Positions 18,442-30,400 of a stretch of 64,000 nucleotides of DNA are shown here, in pieces; position 1 is the first letter of the stretch; each line of letters begins with the position of its first letter. The position numbers and the translations under genes were made by a program. Location: positions 1,338-65,337 of IMG/VR virus record IMGVR_UViG_3300044716_000140. One strand, written 5' to 3'. Origin of the DNA: a virus (taxonomy: Duplodnaviria > Caudoviricetes). The notes under the pieces were generated by a model. The model ran no database searches and was not told the origin of the DNA. It saw nothing but the letters and a program-made list of their open reading frames with translations.

Positions 18442-18828
18442 ATGAGAACAAGAATTGAATATAAATACGCAAAACATGGATCAAACGAATTCTATGAATT
18501 GCAAGATTTCGCACAAGAATTTGACCATGAAATCATCGAACATCCGAATATCAATGTTTACGCGCATTATTCTAATGGCAAGTTATTTGGATATTCTGAT
18601 CATGTATTTCTTCCTGTCGTCTATCCTGCCTTTCACCCACAACACACGCGACCACAAGATGTCATCCAAGTGATGAGCGATTGGAAGGCGCACTCGCAAC
18701 TTTCTGGACAACCCGGATACATTGGAGTTCCGCTAATCAATGATCGGCCTAATTTTAACAATGAAATTATGCGTAAATTAGGTTTGACAAAAACAGATCG
18801 TGAAATTTATAGTATGACTAATTTTTAA
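18442..18828 (+). CDS. GNAT-fold (acyltransferase-like) protein
   Basis: VYAHYSNGKLFGY hairpin and IMRKLGLTK resemble GNAT motifs. Position matches T7 gp13, before the ejection proteins. Confidence 0.5.
   Translation: MRTRIEYKYAKHGSNEFYELQDFAQEFDHEIIEHPNINVYAHYSNGKLFGYSDHVFLPVVYPAFHPQHTRPQDVIQVMSDWKAHSQLSGQPGYIGVPLINDRPNFNNEIMRKLGLTKTDREIYSMTNF
18784..18813 (+). promoter_or_regulatory. candidate sigma70-like promoter
   Basis: TTGACA-18 bp-TATAGT, 17 nt before ATG 18831. Confidence 0.45.
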
Positions 18829-18830
18829 TC

Positions 18831-19760
18831 ATGGGTGGATCACAAACAGTTAATGCACAGCAATATTTGAGCAAGCCAGACCCATCGCGTGAATTGGCTA
18901 TTCAAATGGCAATGCAGCAAGCCCAAGCACAGCAACAAGCAACGCAGGCTAAATTGCTTGATGCTTATTCTAAAATGGCTCCAGTGCAGCAAGAATATGA
19001 TGCTCTAAAAGAATCTAAACGACTTGGCGAGCTTGGAATGGCAAATGTTCAGCGTTCCCGCGAAATGGAGCAAATGGTTTCTCCAGAAGCAGCACAAATG
19101 CGACAAGCTCAAGGCGCAGAACTTGCGAGACTTGCAAGCATGGATAATGCAACTCGCTACATGAATGAATGGGCGCGTAATCAAGGTCTTATTCAAGGAT
19201 ACGAAACTGGACTTGGCAATTCCACTATTGGGCAAGCTGCAACATACGATGCAGCATTAAAAGCAAAGGCTAATTACGACCAGCAAAACCTTGCATTGCA
19301 GCAAGAAATTCTTCGTCAAATGCAAGCTCCAGTTGGAGGCATTGATCCATCTACATCAATTTCAGCGCAAGAAGCAAATAAGGCATCTAATTTGCAAGCA
19401 CTTCAAAATTGGCAGAATGCAATGTATGGAAACATTGGAGCATTCAATCAATCTGTTTCTGATCAAATGGCGCAAGCTGGAGCAAACTTTCAAAACCTGC
19501 AACAAAATGCGATGCAAAACAAGTTGAATTACCAAGGTGCATTGCTTGGTCAACAAGCTCAAAACACTGCGGCAGATAGGGCAATGACTGGAGCATACAT
19601 TCAAGCTGGAGGAAGCGTAATTCAAGGTGCTGCTGGTGCTGCTGGTGGCATGGGTGGAGCTGCAAGCAAAGGAATTTCTGGATATGGTGGACAAACATAT
19701 GTTCCAAAAACATCTTCTACTGGAGGGCAATTTTACGCTCCAATTAGCGGAACACCTTAG
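18831..19760 (+). CDS. internal virion/ejection protein, paralog A1
   Basis: Q/A/M-rich helical protein with Gly-rich C-terminus; aligns with 19779 (KPDP, APVGGIDP). Confidence 0.65.
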   Translation: MGGSQTVNAQQYLSKPDPSRELAIQMAMQQAQAQQQATQAKLLDAYSKMAPVQQEYDALKESKRLGELGMANVQRSREMEQMVSPEAAQMRQAQGAELARLASMDNATRYMNEWARNQGLIQGYETGLGNSTIGQAATYDAALKAKANYDQQNLALQQEILRQMQAPVGGIDPSTSISAQEANKASNLQALQNWQNAMYGNIGAFNQSVSDQMAQAGANFQNLQQNAMQNKLNYQGALLGQQAQNTAADRAMTGAYIQAGGSVIQGAAGAAGGMGGAASKGISGYGGQTYVPKTSSTGGQFYAPISGTP

Positions 19761-19778
19761 ATGATGTTGAATTAATTT

Positions 19779-20570
19779 ATGGCTTATCAAAAACCAGACC
19801 CAACAGCAGCACTTCAAGGTTTAGGAATTCAAGCGCAAGGGCAACTTGCGATGTTGCAAAATCAAGCGGGTCTTCTTAAATCCTACGCATCTCAAGCTCC
19901 ATTGATGCAGTCATTTGATGCCGCAAAAACATCTCAGCAAGCGGCAGAGTTTGGAATGGACAATTTGCAACGCTCAAAGGAGTTTGATCGTTTGCTTAAT
20001 CCAGAAATTGCCAAGATGCGCGATGAGCTTGGTTCAAAAGTTGCCGAGGCGACTAACTTGGGCGCAACAAAAACTTGGATGGACAATTGGGCGGTCAAGA
20101 AGGGTTTGATGAACCAATCTGGACTTGGAACTGATAGCTTAATTGGAAGGTCTGCCGTTTACGACCAAGCAACAGAAGCTGGAAGGCAGGCAAGGTTGCA
20201 GAACCTTGCAATTCAACAAGGCTATCTTGCTCAAACTCCAGCACCAATCGGTGGTCTTGATCCAGCATCCATTATTGCCGCTGAACAAGCCGCAAAAGCT
20301 CAGAATCTTGTCGCAATGCAGCAGTATCAAGGAAATGTTATGCAAGGAGCGCAGCAACTTAATCAATCAACATCAGATTGGATTAATTCAAACCTTGGAC
20401 AACTTCAAAAAATCAATCAGAATCAACAACAAAGTCAGCAAAATTACGAGCAAATGATGCTTCAAAACGCTCAACAAAACGCTGCAAGTAGTAACGCTCA
20501 AAAAGGACAAATGATTCAAACTGGAGGTGCGGTTGCTGGTGCTGTTTTGGGTGCTGCTATTATTATTTAA
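19779..20570 (+). CDS. internal virion/ejection protein, paralog A2
   Basis: Paralog of 18831 (KPDP, APIGGLDP); hydrophobic C-terminal GGAVAGAVLGAAIII. Confidence 0.65.
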   Translation: MAYQKPDPTAALQGLGIQAQGQLAMLQNQAGLLKSYASQAPLMQSFDAAKTSQQAAEFGMDNLQRSKEFDRLLNPEIAKMRDELGSKVAEATNLGATKTWMDNWAVKKGLMNQSGLGTDSLIGRSAVYDQATEAGRQARLQNLAIQQGYLAQTPAPIGGLDPASIIAAEQAAKAQNLVAMQQYQGNVMQGAQQLNQSTSDWINSNLGQLQKINQNQQQSQQNYEQMMLQNAQQNAASSNAQKGQMIQTGGAVAGAVLGAAIII

Positions 20571-21406
20571 TGAAACAACTAATAGATACAACAATACATA
20601 AAATAAAAGAATGGAACAAAAGGTGGCCGAGAGCAGTAGTTTTGTGGAGCGGAGGTAAAGACTCTACGGCACTGCTGCACTTGATCAAGTTTGGCGCAGG
20701 AATTGATCTTCCCGTCATCCAGTATCGTGAACCAAAATTCCGTGAACGATATGCTTATTCAGATCGTTTGATCAAAGAGTGGAAACTGGAGGTTTACGAT
20801 TACGCTCCAAGCAAAATAGCTATTGCGGATGGCCCAGATGTTGAAACTGGTGAATTGCGTTTTGATTTCGTGAAATACTATCAATGGGGTCAAGGAACGG
20901 CAGTATGTTTGTCTCTCGGCACTGAGCGGCCAAAAGAAGGAGAAGACTTCTTGTGTGCCGTTACAGACGTTCTACAGCGTCCTACAGGCAGTTTTAATTG
21001 GCCTTGGGGAGCAGTGTATATCGGCACTAAATATAGCGACACAGACTTGATTAAAGGTCATGTTCCGCTTGCGGTTGATATTCGCTATGCTGAAAATTCT
21101 CCAATGTCATTGTATCCAATGCGAGATTGGACTGATGAAGATATTTTCCAATATCTGGAAGATAGCGGAGTTCAGCCAGACCCGACGAGGTATGTCAAGG
21201 ATTACCACAAATGGAAGAACAATCCAGACAAGTCGCTTAATGCAGACTTCTATCCGATTTGCTTCAATTGCGTAAACAGGCATGAAGGAAAGTATGTTGA
21301 TTGTCCGAAGTTAAAAGCTAAAATATCAAATATTTCTCACCTTGCGCCATACGAAGATTTGGTTAATGATGACCTTGGTTTTCGACCTGTGACATGGAAC
21401 AAATAA
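20570..21406 (+). CDS. PAPS-reductase-family PP-loop protein
   Basis: VVLWSGGKDS PP-loop, YPMRDWTDEDIFQYL, C-terminal CFNC...C. Confidence 0.85.
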   Translation: MKQLIDTTIHKIKEWNKRWPRAVVLWSGGKDSTALLHLIKFGAGIDLPVIQYREPKFRERYAYSDRLIKEWKLEVYDYAPSKIAIADGPDVETGELRFDFVKYYQWGQGTAVCLSLGTERPKEGEDFLCAVTDVLQRPTGSFNWPWGAVYIGTKYSDTDLIKGHVPLAVDIRYAENSPMSLYPMRDWTDEDIFQYLEDSGVQPDPTRYVKDYHKWKNNPDKSLNADFYPICFNCVNRHEGKYVDCPKLKAKISNISHLAPYEDLVNDDLGFRPVTWNK

Positions 21407-21690
21407 ATGAATTAGACTGCAAATCATGCGGTGCTTGTTGTTGTTTCAAATGGTCTTGGCCTGTATTGAGACGAGATCGATCAGACGCAGTAAACATACC
21501 TAAAGAAATGGTAAGAACAGATTTTCCGTTGATAAAAACAATTGACAATCGTTGCATTGCTCTTGATGGCAAGGTTGGCAAATCTGTTTGTTGCAAGATT
21601 TACAATGACAGACCAAATTCTTGCAGGCAATTTGAACCCGGAAGCGACCTTTGTATAGAAGCTCGCAAAAAAGTTCTTGAACAAAGTTAA
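21394..21690 (+). CDS. YkgJ-family CxxCxxCC Fe/Zn-cluster protein
   Basis: CKSCGACC...RCIAL...CKIYNDRPNSCRQFEPGSDLC. Confidence 0.9.
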   Translation: MEQINELDCKSCGACCCFKWSWPVLRRDRSDAVNIPKEMVRTDFPLIKTIDNRCIALDGKVGKSVCCKIYNDRPNSCRQFEPGSDLCIEARKKVLEQS

Positions 21691-21726
21691 ATGCCATGCT
21701 AACAACCAACAAATTCTTTTAATTTT

Positions 21727-22206
21727 ATGGGTGGAAGTCGATCAAAACCTAAACAACAGCAACAACAGCAGCAACAGCAATCTTCTGGCCCTGATCCAAT
21801 GATTGCATTTATGTCGATGCAGCAGCAGCAACAAGCCGCTCAAGCTGCCGCTGAAGCTGAACGTCAAAAACAAGCTCAAATTCAAGCTCAACAACAAGCT
21901 GGAATGCAGGCGCAGCAACAAGGTGAAGCTGCTGCCAAAAGCGCATTGAGCGGAATGAATGTTGGTCAGCAAGCGCAAGACCAAGCTACTATGGCCGCTG
22001 CACAAAAAACATCTGCTCCAATAACGGGAGCAACGCCATCTCCCACTGTTGATGTTGGTCAATATCGTCAAGCATCTCTTGGAACAATGGGAGGACAGCA
22101 AGGCGCAGCAGCAATGGCAGCTAATGCTGGAGCAGGCGGAACACAACAAAGAGGCAACCAGTTTCAAGTTCCTGCAACTACTGGTCTAACTTTTGGAGGA
22201 GCATAA
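21727..22206 (+). CDS. Gln/Ala-rich putative ejection protein, paralog B1
   Basis: MGGSRSK start, poly-Q, GPDPM motif, ends TFGGA. Confidence 0.65.
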   Translation: MGGSRSKPKQQQQQQQQQSSGPDPMIAFMSMQQQQQAAQAAAEAERQKQAQIQAQQQAGMQAQQQGEAAAKSALSGMNVGQQAQDQATMAAAQKTSAPITGATPSPTVDVGQYRQASLGTMGGQQGAAAMAANAGAGGTQQRGNQFQVPATTGLTFGGA

Positions 22207-22208
22207 TT

Positions 22209-22724
22209 ATGGGTGGAGGAGGCGGCGGTTCTAAACCAAAAAAACAAACGCAAACTGGGCCTGACCCAATGATGGCGTTTTTAGCTCAAATGCAATCGCA
22301 GCAAGCCGCTCAAGCTGCTGCTGCTGAACGAGCGCAACAAGAAGCGTTGCGTCAGTCTCAAATGACTGCTGGGACTCAACGCCAACAACAATCAGAGCAA
22401 GCCGCAAGCCAAGAACTCGCCACAATGGGTTCAATGCAGTCAATCCGCGATGCCAACGCACTTCTTGCAGCGCAACAAGCGCAAGCAACTGCTGGACAAG
22501 AAGCAACTGGTGGCGGATTTGATTTTAATAAATCGCGTGAAGAAGCACTTGCCAATCTTGGCGCAGCGGCGGGAATGCTGCCAGCTACTGCTGTAAATGT
22601 TCCTATGACATCTGTAAATCCAGCTTTAACAGGTCTTGTAAACCAAGGCGCAGGAGCAGCAGCTAAAAAATCAAATATGTTCTCGCTTCCATCTTCATCT
22701 GACCTTAAATTTGGTGGCGTTTAA
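22209..22724 (+). CDS. Gln/Ala-rich putative ejection protein, paralog B2
   Basis: MGGGGGGSK start, GPDPM motif, ends KFGGV. Confidence 0.65.
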   Translation: MGGGGGGSKPKKQTQTGPDPMMAFLAQMQSQQAAQAAAAERAQQEALRQSQMTAGTQRQQQSEQAASQELATMGSMQSIRDANALLAAQQAQATAGQEATGGGFDFNKSREEALANLGAAAGMLPATAVNVPMTSVNPALTGLVNQGAGAAAKKSNMFSLPSSSDLKFGGV

Positions 22725-22726
22725 TT

Positions 22727-24457
22727 ATGGCAATCTCATACTCTGGCGAAGGATACAAGTTCAATCCTCAATTTGCCAATCTTGGCGCATTGCAAGGATT
22801 GCAACCGCTTGATGTCACTCGCAAAGCTGAATTTCAGCTTCAGCCATTGACATACGCTCCTATTCCATCCTCGCGTCCAGAGATTGTGTCTGAAGGTATC
22901 TCCAAGGGCATTCTTGCTGCTGTTGGCGGCATTACTGAAGGCATTACTGCTAAATACAAGACAGAGCAGGCTAAAGAGGAGAAACTTGCTGAAAGAGCGC
23001 ATGACTTGAAAGTAGCCGCTCTTAAAGCAAAACAATACGATCCATATATTGAAGCACTTAAAACAAAAAAATTAGAGTTAGAAACTGACGCGATTAATAA
23101 ACGAATTGAAGGCTCTGTTCCTGCTGGAGCAAAAAGAAGAATTTATCATTCAATAGATACAGAACCGCTTCCAGAATCAACGGAAACAACTGATGATAAG
23201 ATTGATTTTAATTTAACTCCATCAGGTTTAGAAACTACTTCAATTCAAGGAGGCGATATGTCTGCAAACATTGCAGATCAAGCAAAAGCACTTGAAGGAA
23301 TTTCCGCTGAATATTTAACAGCATCAACTGATTCTGGAGTTGGGCCATTTGCACCAATTGAACAACCTAAATCAATGCAACTTGGAAAGGTTTCAACAAG
23401 TTTGATTTCTCCAGAACAAGAAAAAGAAATTCAATCAAAGTTTGAACCTTACGGAATTCCAAGTGTTCTTGAAAAAGCACCACAAAAAACTTTGTTGTCA
23501 ATTGAAAAAGCTCAACCTAAAGAAGAAGTAAAAATAAAACCTCCTCGCGCTATTGATGTTGATACTGAAGAAGAAGCGCAAGCTGAAGCGTATCGTGACA
23601 TACCCGGTTTTAAAGAAGGAACATATACACAAGAAATTGATGAAAATGGACAACCATTTTATCGCGTTAAAGCTCGTGAAAAAATGAGTCCATCAGAAAT
23701 TGCCGATCTAAAAAAGAAAGAAGCTGAAGCAAGAAAAGCAGAGTTAGAAGGAACTGAAGGGAAAAAAGAAAAACTTCAACAATTTCAACTTCAATCATTT
23801 GAAAATGTAAATCGCGCACAAGAAACGCTTGCTGATTTGGAAAAACATCTTGAAAAAGTTCAAGGAAAACTTGGGCCTGTGTCTGGAAGATTGCTTTCTA
23901 AAAATCCATATGATCCAGATGTTCAACTTTTGCAAAAATATCTTACAGCATTGGTTCCAACAATTGCTCGCGGCGTTTATGGTGAAGTTGGTGTTTTGAC
24001 TCAAGCTGATATTGATAACTATAAACAATTAATTCCAAATATTACTCAAGACCCCGCAAACGCAAAAGCTACATTGGAGTTTTTAAAAAGAGATTTAGAG
24101 AGAGCCAAAAAAACTAAATTAGGTATTTGGGAATCAACAAATTTTGATGTTGAGGGATTAAAAAAATTTACTCAAGTAAGTGAACCAGCAGAAAAAGATC
24201 AACAAGACCAAATTTCAACTCTTTCAATGGAGCTTGAGCAGGTTCCAGTAGATCAAAGAAACTCTCCAGACTTCCTTGCAAAGCGCAAAGTATTATTTGA
24301 TCTTGTTAAACAACAAGAAGAGTTGAAAAAGAAATCACAACCAAAACCAACTCCAACTCCTACTCCAGTTCCACAACCAACATTTCAACCAGCGGTTCCT
24401 CGCCAGACAGTAACAGAATACGGAGAAACAATAGAATCGATGTTTGGAAATAGATAA
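22727..24457 (+). CDS. internal virion/ejection protein
   Basis: 576 aa, helical, with ARGVYGEVGVLTQADI motif; lies before the giant protein. Confidence 0.6.
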   Translation: MAISYSGEGYKFNPQFANLGALQGLQPLDVTRKAEFQLQPLTYAPIPSSRPEIVSEGISKGILAAVGGITEGITAKYKTEQAKEEKLAERAHDLKVAALKAKQYDPYIEALKTKKLELETDAINKRIEGSVPAGAKRRIYHSIDTEPLPESTETTDDKIDFNLTPSGLETTSIQGGDMSANIADQAKALEGISAEYLTASTDSGVGPFAPIEQPKSMQLGKVSTSLISPEQEKEIQSKFEPYGIPSVLEKAPQKTLLSIEKAQPKEEVKIKPPRAIDVDTEEEAQAEAYRDIPGFKEGTYTQEIDENGQPFYRVKAREKMSPSEIADLKKKEAEARKAELEGTEGKKEKLQQFQLQSFENVNRAQETLADLEKHLEKVQGKLGPVSGRLLSKNPYDPDVQLLQKYLTALVPTIARGVYGEVGVLTQADIDNYKQLIPNITQDPANAKATLEFLKRDLERAKKTKLGIWESTNFDVEGLKKFTQVSEPAEKDQQDQISTLSMELEQVPVDQRNSPDFLAKRKVLFDLVKQQEELKKKSQPKPTPTPTPVPQPTFQPAVPRQTVTEYGETIESMFGNR

Positions 24458-24458
24458 A

Positions 24459-27400
24459 ATGGCAAGCATTCTTGACGAAATCAAGGCAGAAGTCGAAGCG
24501 GAACTATCTCAACAACCTCAAGAAGAAAAGCCAGCAAGCGTTCTTGAAGATGTTAAGCAGGAGGTTTCGGCAGAACCACAACAAACTCCAGTTGAAGAAC
24601 CAAAAGCTGATTTTTTTGAGTCTGCCGAAAGGTGGTTAGAACCTGCTCCAACGCAAAAATCCAGCGGAGATATTTTCCTTGGACTTATTTCAAATAAACG
24701 TTCAAACGAGCTTGACGATGAAGAAAAAGGTTTGTTTAACGCATTAAGCGATGAGGAACAATACAAGGTAGCTCAATCTCGCAAAGATATTCCGCTTAAT
24801 GACGCTCAAGCAAGGCGCATTTTTGAGGTTGAAAAGTCAAAGATGCCATCAATTCCTACATCTTGGGAGGATTGGTATAATCTTGGTGGTGATGCTTGGG
24901 ATGTCGTTAAAAATGTTTCAAAGTTAGGTGCAAAAGTTGGACTTGGAGCAGCGGAATTCGGACGCGATGTTGTCAAGGCAACTGACATGACTGTCAGTGA
25001 CGAAGAAGCTGCTAATAACATTAAAAAAGCCAAAGGTTCATTCTACTCGTTCATGGCTCCAGCTTTTGAGATTCCAGAAAGCGTAGCATGGGCAACAGCA
25101 AAAGCACAAGAAGGTGGTTTTGGTTGGGCGGATGCTGCTGGTGAAAAACTTGGCTTGGTAAATCCAGAAGATCGATTTGAACGCTGGAAAGGACGAAGGT
25201 TAGTTTCGCAAGCTCAAGCTGAATACTTCCGTGAACATCCAACTGTTTATAGTAGGATGCTTGATAATCCGCTGGCAAAAGATGCGCTTTCATACATTGC
25301 AAAATCGCAAATGGAATCGCCAGAAGAATTGGCAGTAAGAGACAATATTTCTGTTGAAGAAGCAAAAGCTCAACAGGACGCGATGGCGCGTGAGCAAATT
25401 GATAATTTGACTTCTGATATGGAGTCTGAATTGCCAGAAGAAAATGCTCGCGTAAGAATTGCTGGTGAGTTTTTGCTTCCCGGTGAGCTTGGAATGGGAA
25501 CAATGGGTGCTGTTTCAGCGGTTGCAAAGGCAGGAACAGGCATCGCAAAAGGATTGAAATACATTGGCAAATCCGCTGATGAAATTGCTGAAATCAACAA
25601 GGCAGCACAAACACTGCGAAAGTCTGAATTTGCAGAAATGCTTAGAAAGCGCACAGAGCGAGCAGAAGCGGTTGCTCAAGGTGCAGGCAAGATTGAAAAA
25701 GCGATTGAAAGATTTAAACCTGCCGCTGAAAAAGTAAATAAAGTTCTTGGTAACATTACCGCGCCTGTTCTTGGTGGCGTTGCTGGCTATAGCGTTTACG
25801 AAGAATCGCCAATGACTGGTATTTTGAGTGGCGTTCTTGGTGGAGTTGCTGCGAGAGGTGTATTGAAAGGAACGAAGGTTGGTCTTGAAATTCCCACATT
25901 TGTTCGTGAGGTTGCAGAAGCTCGTAAGGTTGCACCTCTTGGCAAGACATTTGAGACACTCGGCAAATCCGCTGAAGGATCGGCATTGAAGGCTAAAATT
26001 CTTTCCCGTGGAGGAAAGACGATTGATAACATCCTTTCCAACTCCGTTGAGTATGCAAAAACTGGAATTCATGGAACAACGCTTGCTCTTGCTACTGGAG
26101 CTTTGGAGTCCGCTGATCCAGAGGAGATGAAGCAAATGCTCGCTGATGGTCTTGCAATCACTCTTGGTGGACGCGCATTGCAGCATATCAAGGGCAAGAT
26201 GATGGGCAATGACCCTATCATTGAGCAACGCGAGCGTATTTCAGACGATTCTCGCATCCATCGCAGGTATCAAGAAGCTGATCCAGAAACCCAAGCAAAC
26301 TTGGATCAAATTTCTGACTTTGATAATGCTATTTCTGCAAGAGAAACAAAGCTGAACGAAAGTGAATCTGACCTTGCAAACTTGATGGCAGCTTACAAGG
26401 GTTCAGCGGAAGATGCCAGAAAAATTAAACTTGCTCAATCGGAAGTAGAAAAAAACAAGATTGCACTTGATCAAGTAAAACGCGCCAATGTGCAAACGCG
26501 CAATGAATTTGGCAGGGAGTTTTTGAAGACATACGCAAACCTTCAAGACATTACCAATGGTGTTATGAAGAGTGGTCAGAACAATGTTGGATTCAATGTT
26601 CTTTCGACCGATCAAATCTATCAAAAGTTGCGTAATGATCCAGCGAACAGCAATGTTCCAGACGCTGATCTTGCACAGATGGCAAGCCAAGCTGGATTTT
26701 ACTCAAATCCCGCACAACAAGGGCTTGCATTTGACCGCAGAAAACCATCGATTGTTATCAATGCAGATTCCATTCGTGAGCGCATCAAGTTGTTTGGTGA
26801 ATCGCCAACGGAAGCACTGGTTCACGAAACATCGCACTTCATGGATGTTGTTCCAGAGTTCCAAGAAGCACTTGCTCCAGTGCGTTCAATGCTTTTCCAA
26901 AACGAAATCCGCGATGCCGCTGGAAACATCAAGGCTACAACTTCTGGTATTTTCTCCAAGGCAAAACTCGTTGAACTTTTTAATGATGGATACCTTCGCC
27001 ATTTAGACCCGCAAGGAAGAGAAGCATTTTCCAAGCTGAACAAACTTTGGGATGAATCCCGTGGTCAGTTGGATGAAAACAAAGTTGCCAACTACATGAA
27101 GAGCGAAGTCATGGCAGACTTGCTTGGAGAAGTGTCCAGCAGGCATCTTGCAAATGATTTGGATTCCGCAACACTTGCCATGTGGGATCGTGCAAGGATC
27201 AAAGCAAAGAAAAACTTGCTGGATCGTGCTATCAATCGTTTTTACGGACTTGGAGGACGAGGTGACATTGTTACTGCCGCTAATACACGCGCAGAATTCC
27301 CGCCAGAAGCGATGGCGGCAGCAAGAGATGCAATGCGCCAGATCGTTTCTTTAAATGGCGAAATTTCGCCTCCAGCGCAAGAAGCTGATATGCCTGCTAT

Positions 27401-30400
27401 CAGCAAGGCGCAGATGATGAAAAACTCTGCGTTGATCGAGCGTTTCGGAAAAGATTCTCCGCTATTCAAAACAGAGTTTAAAGTCAAGGTATTTGACAAG
27501 GACGGCAATCAGGTTGGCGAGTCAATGCCAGTGACAACGCCAAATCCAAGGGAAGGAACATTCCAAAGCACTGATGTTGGAATGAAGAAACTTTCTGGAT
27601 ATGGCGACATTCCAGCGGAAGCGCAAGGACTGCAAGTTCCCGAAGGCGGAACTCTTGTTGTCTCGCGTGATTTGGTCATGGAACCAGATGGGGTAACTCC
27701 TGTCATGTATGACGCGAAGGACGCAAAGAAAATTGATGCAGACCGCAAAAAGCTGATTACCGAAGCACTGGATACTGATGATTACGGGACACCTAATCGT
27801 TTTGAGCCAGTAGCAGAAGGCTCAGAAACATATCGCGGCACATTTACTCCAGCGCAAATTCAAGCAATCAAGGATATGCCAGAGAGTCTTGTGCCAAGGA
27901 CGCTCAAAGAGCATATGCTGAAAGTTAATGATGCCATTGCTCGCGGAGATGGAACAAGGTTTATTGTGGATTACGCAGCGGTAATGAATGACAAGGGCAA
28001 GTATCAAGCATTCTCGCCAAAGATGTATGACCTTGTGCCAATCGGAATGCACTTGTCTAAAAAAGGCAATTTCCTTGTAACAACGATTTCTGTTGGACGC
28101 ATATTTGATAAAATGCGCTTGTGGAATGAGCGTATGCCGGGTCGTTTGCGTTTCTGGGACAACAATCTTGAGCGCACATTTGATGATTTCTCGAAGTATT
28201 TGAATAACTGGCAACAAGGCAAAGCTGGAGAAACTGGTCTTGATGCCGATCCTCAAGTTGCATTGCAGAAGAAGAACATTTTTAACGACCTTCTGAACCT
28301 TTACGACAAAGGAACTGAATTTACAAACCTTGATAGGACAACTATTCCTCGCAAAAAAGGTGATCCACGGAACAAGGATGCTAACCGCACGATCATGTCA
28401 ATTCGCGTTGACCACATTGCTGAATTGATTCCAAACGAGAACGCAACAAAACTTCCAGTCAATTACGGATTTGCCAAAATCAATTTCATGCCAGAACGCA
28501 TGGAAGGTGAAGTTCCAACGCAGGAGCCTACTATTGGAGAAAAAACTGAAATTTATCCAAAGATAGGTAGACCTACTATCTCAGAAAAACCGAAAAGTTC
28601 GGAGATGATAGGTGCTGACACAATCAAACCCGCTGATCTTCAAACAAGTGCAAAACCAGAAGCTGACTCAGTAATCAAGCCATTCTCCAACGTTTTAGTG
28701 TCATCCGCTGGACTCATCAACTTCCTTCCTGCTTATCACGGCACTCCATTTGAAGTGGACAAGTTCAAGTTGGCAAACATCGGCACTGGCGAAGGAGCGC
28801 AGGCGTATGGATGGGGGTTGTATTTTGCGCAGGCAAGAAAGGTTGCTGAAGAATATGCAAGAGTATTAGCTAATAGAGATTTAACTGGATACAAAAATGC
28901 ACAATTAAATGCAAAAGATATTGTTTCAAGGTTAGGCGGCAATGCTGAATATGCAGCAGAAATATTGCGAGATCAGTTACAATCAATTCCAGAAAATTCA
29001 TTAAATTTTACAAGAATTTCTGATACATTAAAAATGATCGAAACAGGAGAGTATGCAAAAGACCTTGAAGCACAGGGCAACCTCTACAAAGTCGATATCG
29101 ATGTGAAAGACGAAGACTTGCTTGATTGGGATAAACCATTGAGTGAGCAACCAGAAAGTGTTCGTGATGCGATTACTGCAATTATCAATGAGCGCATTCC
29201 AAAAGAAATTGCTGATTCAGCTATTGAAAACATGGAAGCTAAAGGAGGTTCGCTCTACGCTTTGATTTCAGATAGCTTTGGTGAAAGCGCACAGGGAACT
29301 CCAGAGAAGCGAGCATCTGAAGCATTGCTTGAAGCAGGAATTCCCGGCATCCGCTACCTTGATCAACAAAGCAGAGCAACAACAGGTGGGAATATTTTAG
29401 GTGTTTGGCAAGGCGAACAACGCATGATGGAAGATAAGGGTAGGGGGAAATGGTTTGCTCGCGTTCAAGTTAAAGATCGCAGTGTTGCATTTCAAAACGC
29501 TCCAACTTCAGTAAGCACTACAAGTATGCCTTTCAATACAAGAGAAGAGGCGCAAGCGTGGGCTGAAAAGAAAATATCTGAAGGCACATACAACTATGTC
29601 GTCTTCGATGAGAATCTAATCACCATTCTTGACAAGAACGATAAGCCTGTTGCTGGCGAGTTGCCGACAAAGCAACCATTGGGTGGTATTCAGTTCATGC
29701 CGCAACGTCCAGTTGGTAAAACTCAAGCTGGATATGATTACACATATTTAGACCAAGCAATGGCAAGAGGCAAAGATGGAAGGGTTGCATTAACGCGACC
29801 TGTTCGTGCAGATGAAGCATTGCCGTTGCTATCACAACGAATTCCAATAACTGAACAGGTTGATAAAGATTCGTTTGATTATACAAGACCAGCGGAAGTT
29901 GTATTTTATCAACATGAAAATAAACCTGTATCGTTTAAATACGATCCAGAGCTTATTGAAAAACCTGTTTTTAAAGACATAGCTACAGAACACGCAGGAA
30001 AAAATGTTCAGCTTGCAATGGCAGACAGGCAAACTGCCACAGGTGGAGATATGGGAGGAATTATCTTCCCGTGGTTGAAATCAAATGCTAATGCAATTAT
30101 TATTGGTGATGATGGAATAAAATATAGGGCTGTTTGGGGTAATAATGAATGGAAACCAGTGTTTTCCATGAAAAATAAAAACATCAATTTCAATGCGTCT
30201 AATTTATTGACATATTTGATGGGTGAAGATGCTCATGCATCGAATACAAGGGAAGTAAGGGTAATTTCAAATGAGATTGAAAATTCAAAAATATCAAGAA
30301 ATCAAAAAGATTTATTTTTAATACTTGCTAATATTGGAGTTAAAAAACAGAAAAGAGCAGATCAACAAAAAAATATAAAATCTGCAAATGATAGTATTGA

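Noticed and set aside
20570-21406. cysH as a sulfur-assimilation auxiliary metabolic gene, or dndC
   Set aside because: It lacks the C-terminal ECGLH motif of true CysH, and there are no other cys or dnd genes. Only the family-level call is kept.
21754-21780. CAA/CAG microsatellite
   Set aside because: It encodes a poly-Gln tract with mixed codons, in frame, so it is not a phase-variable tract.
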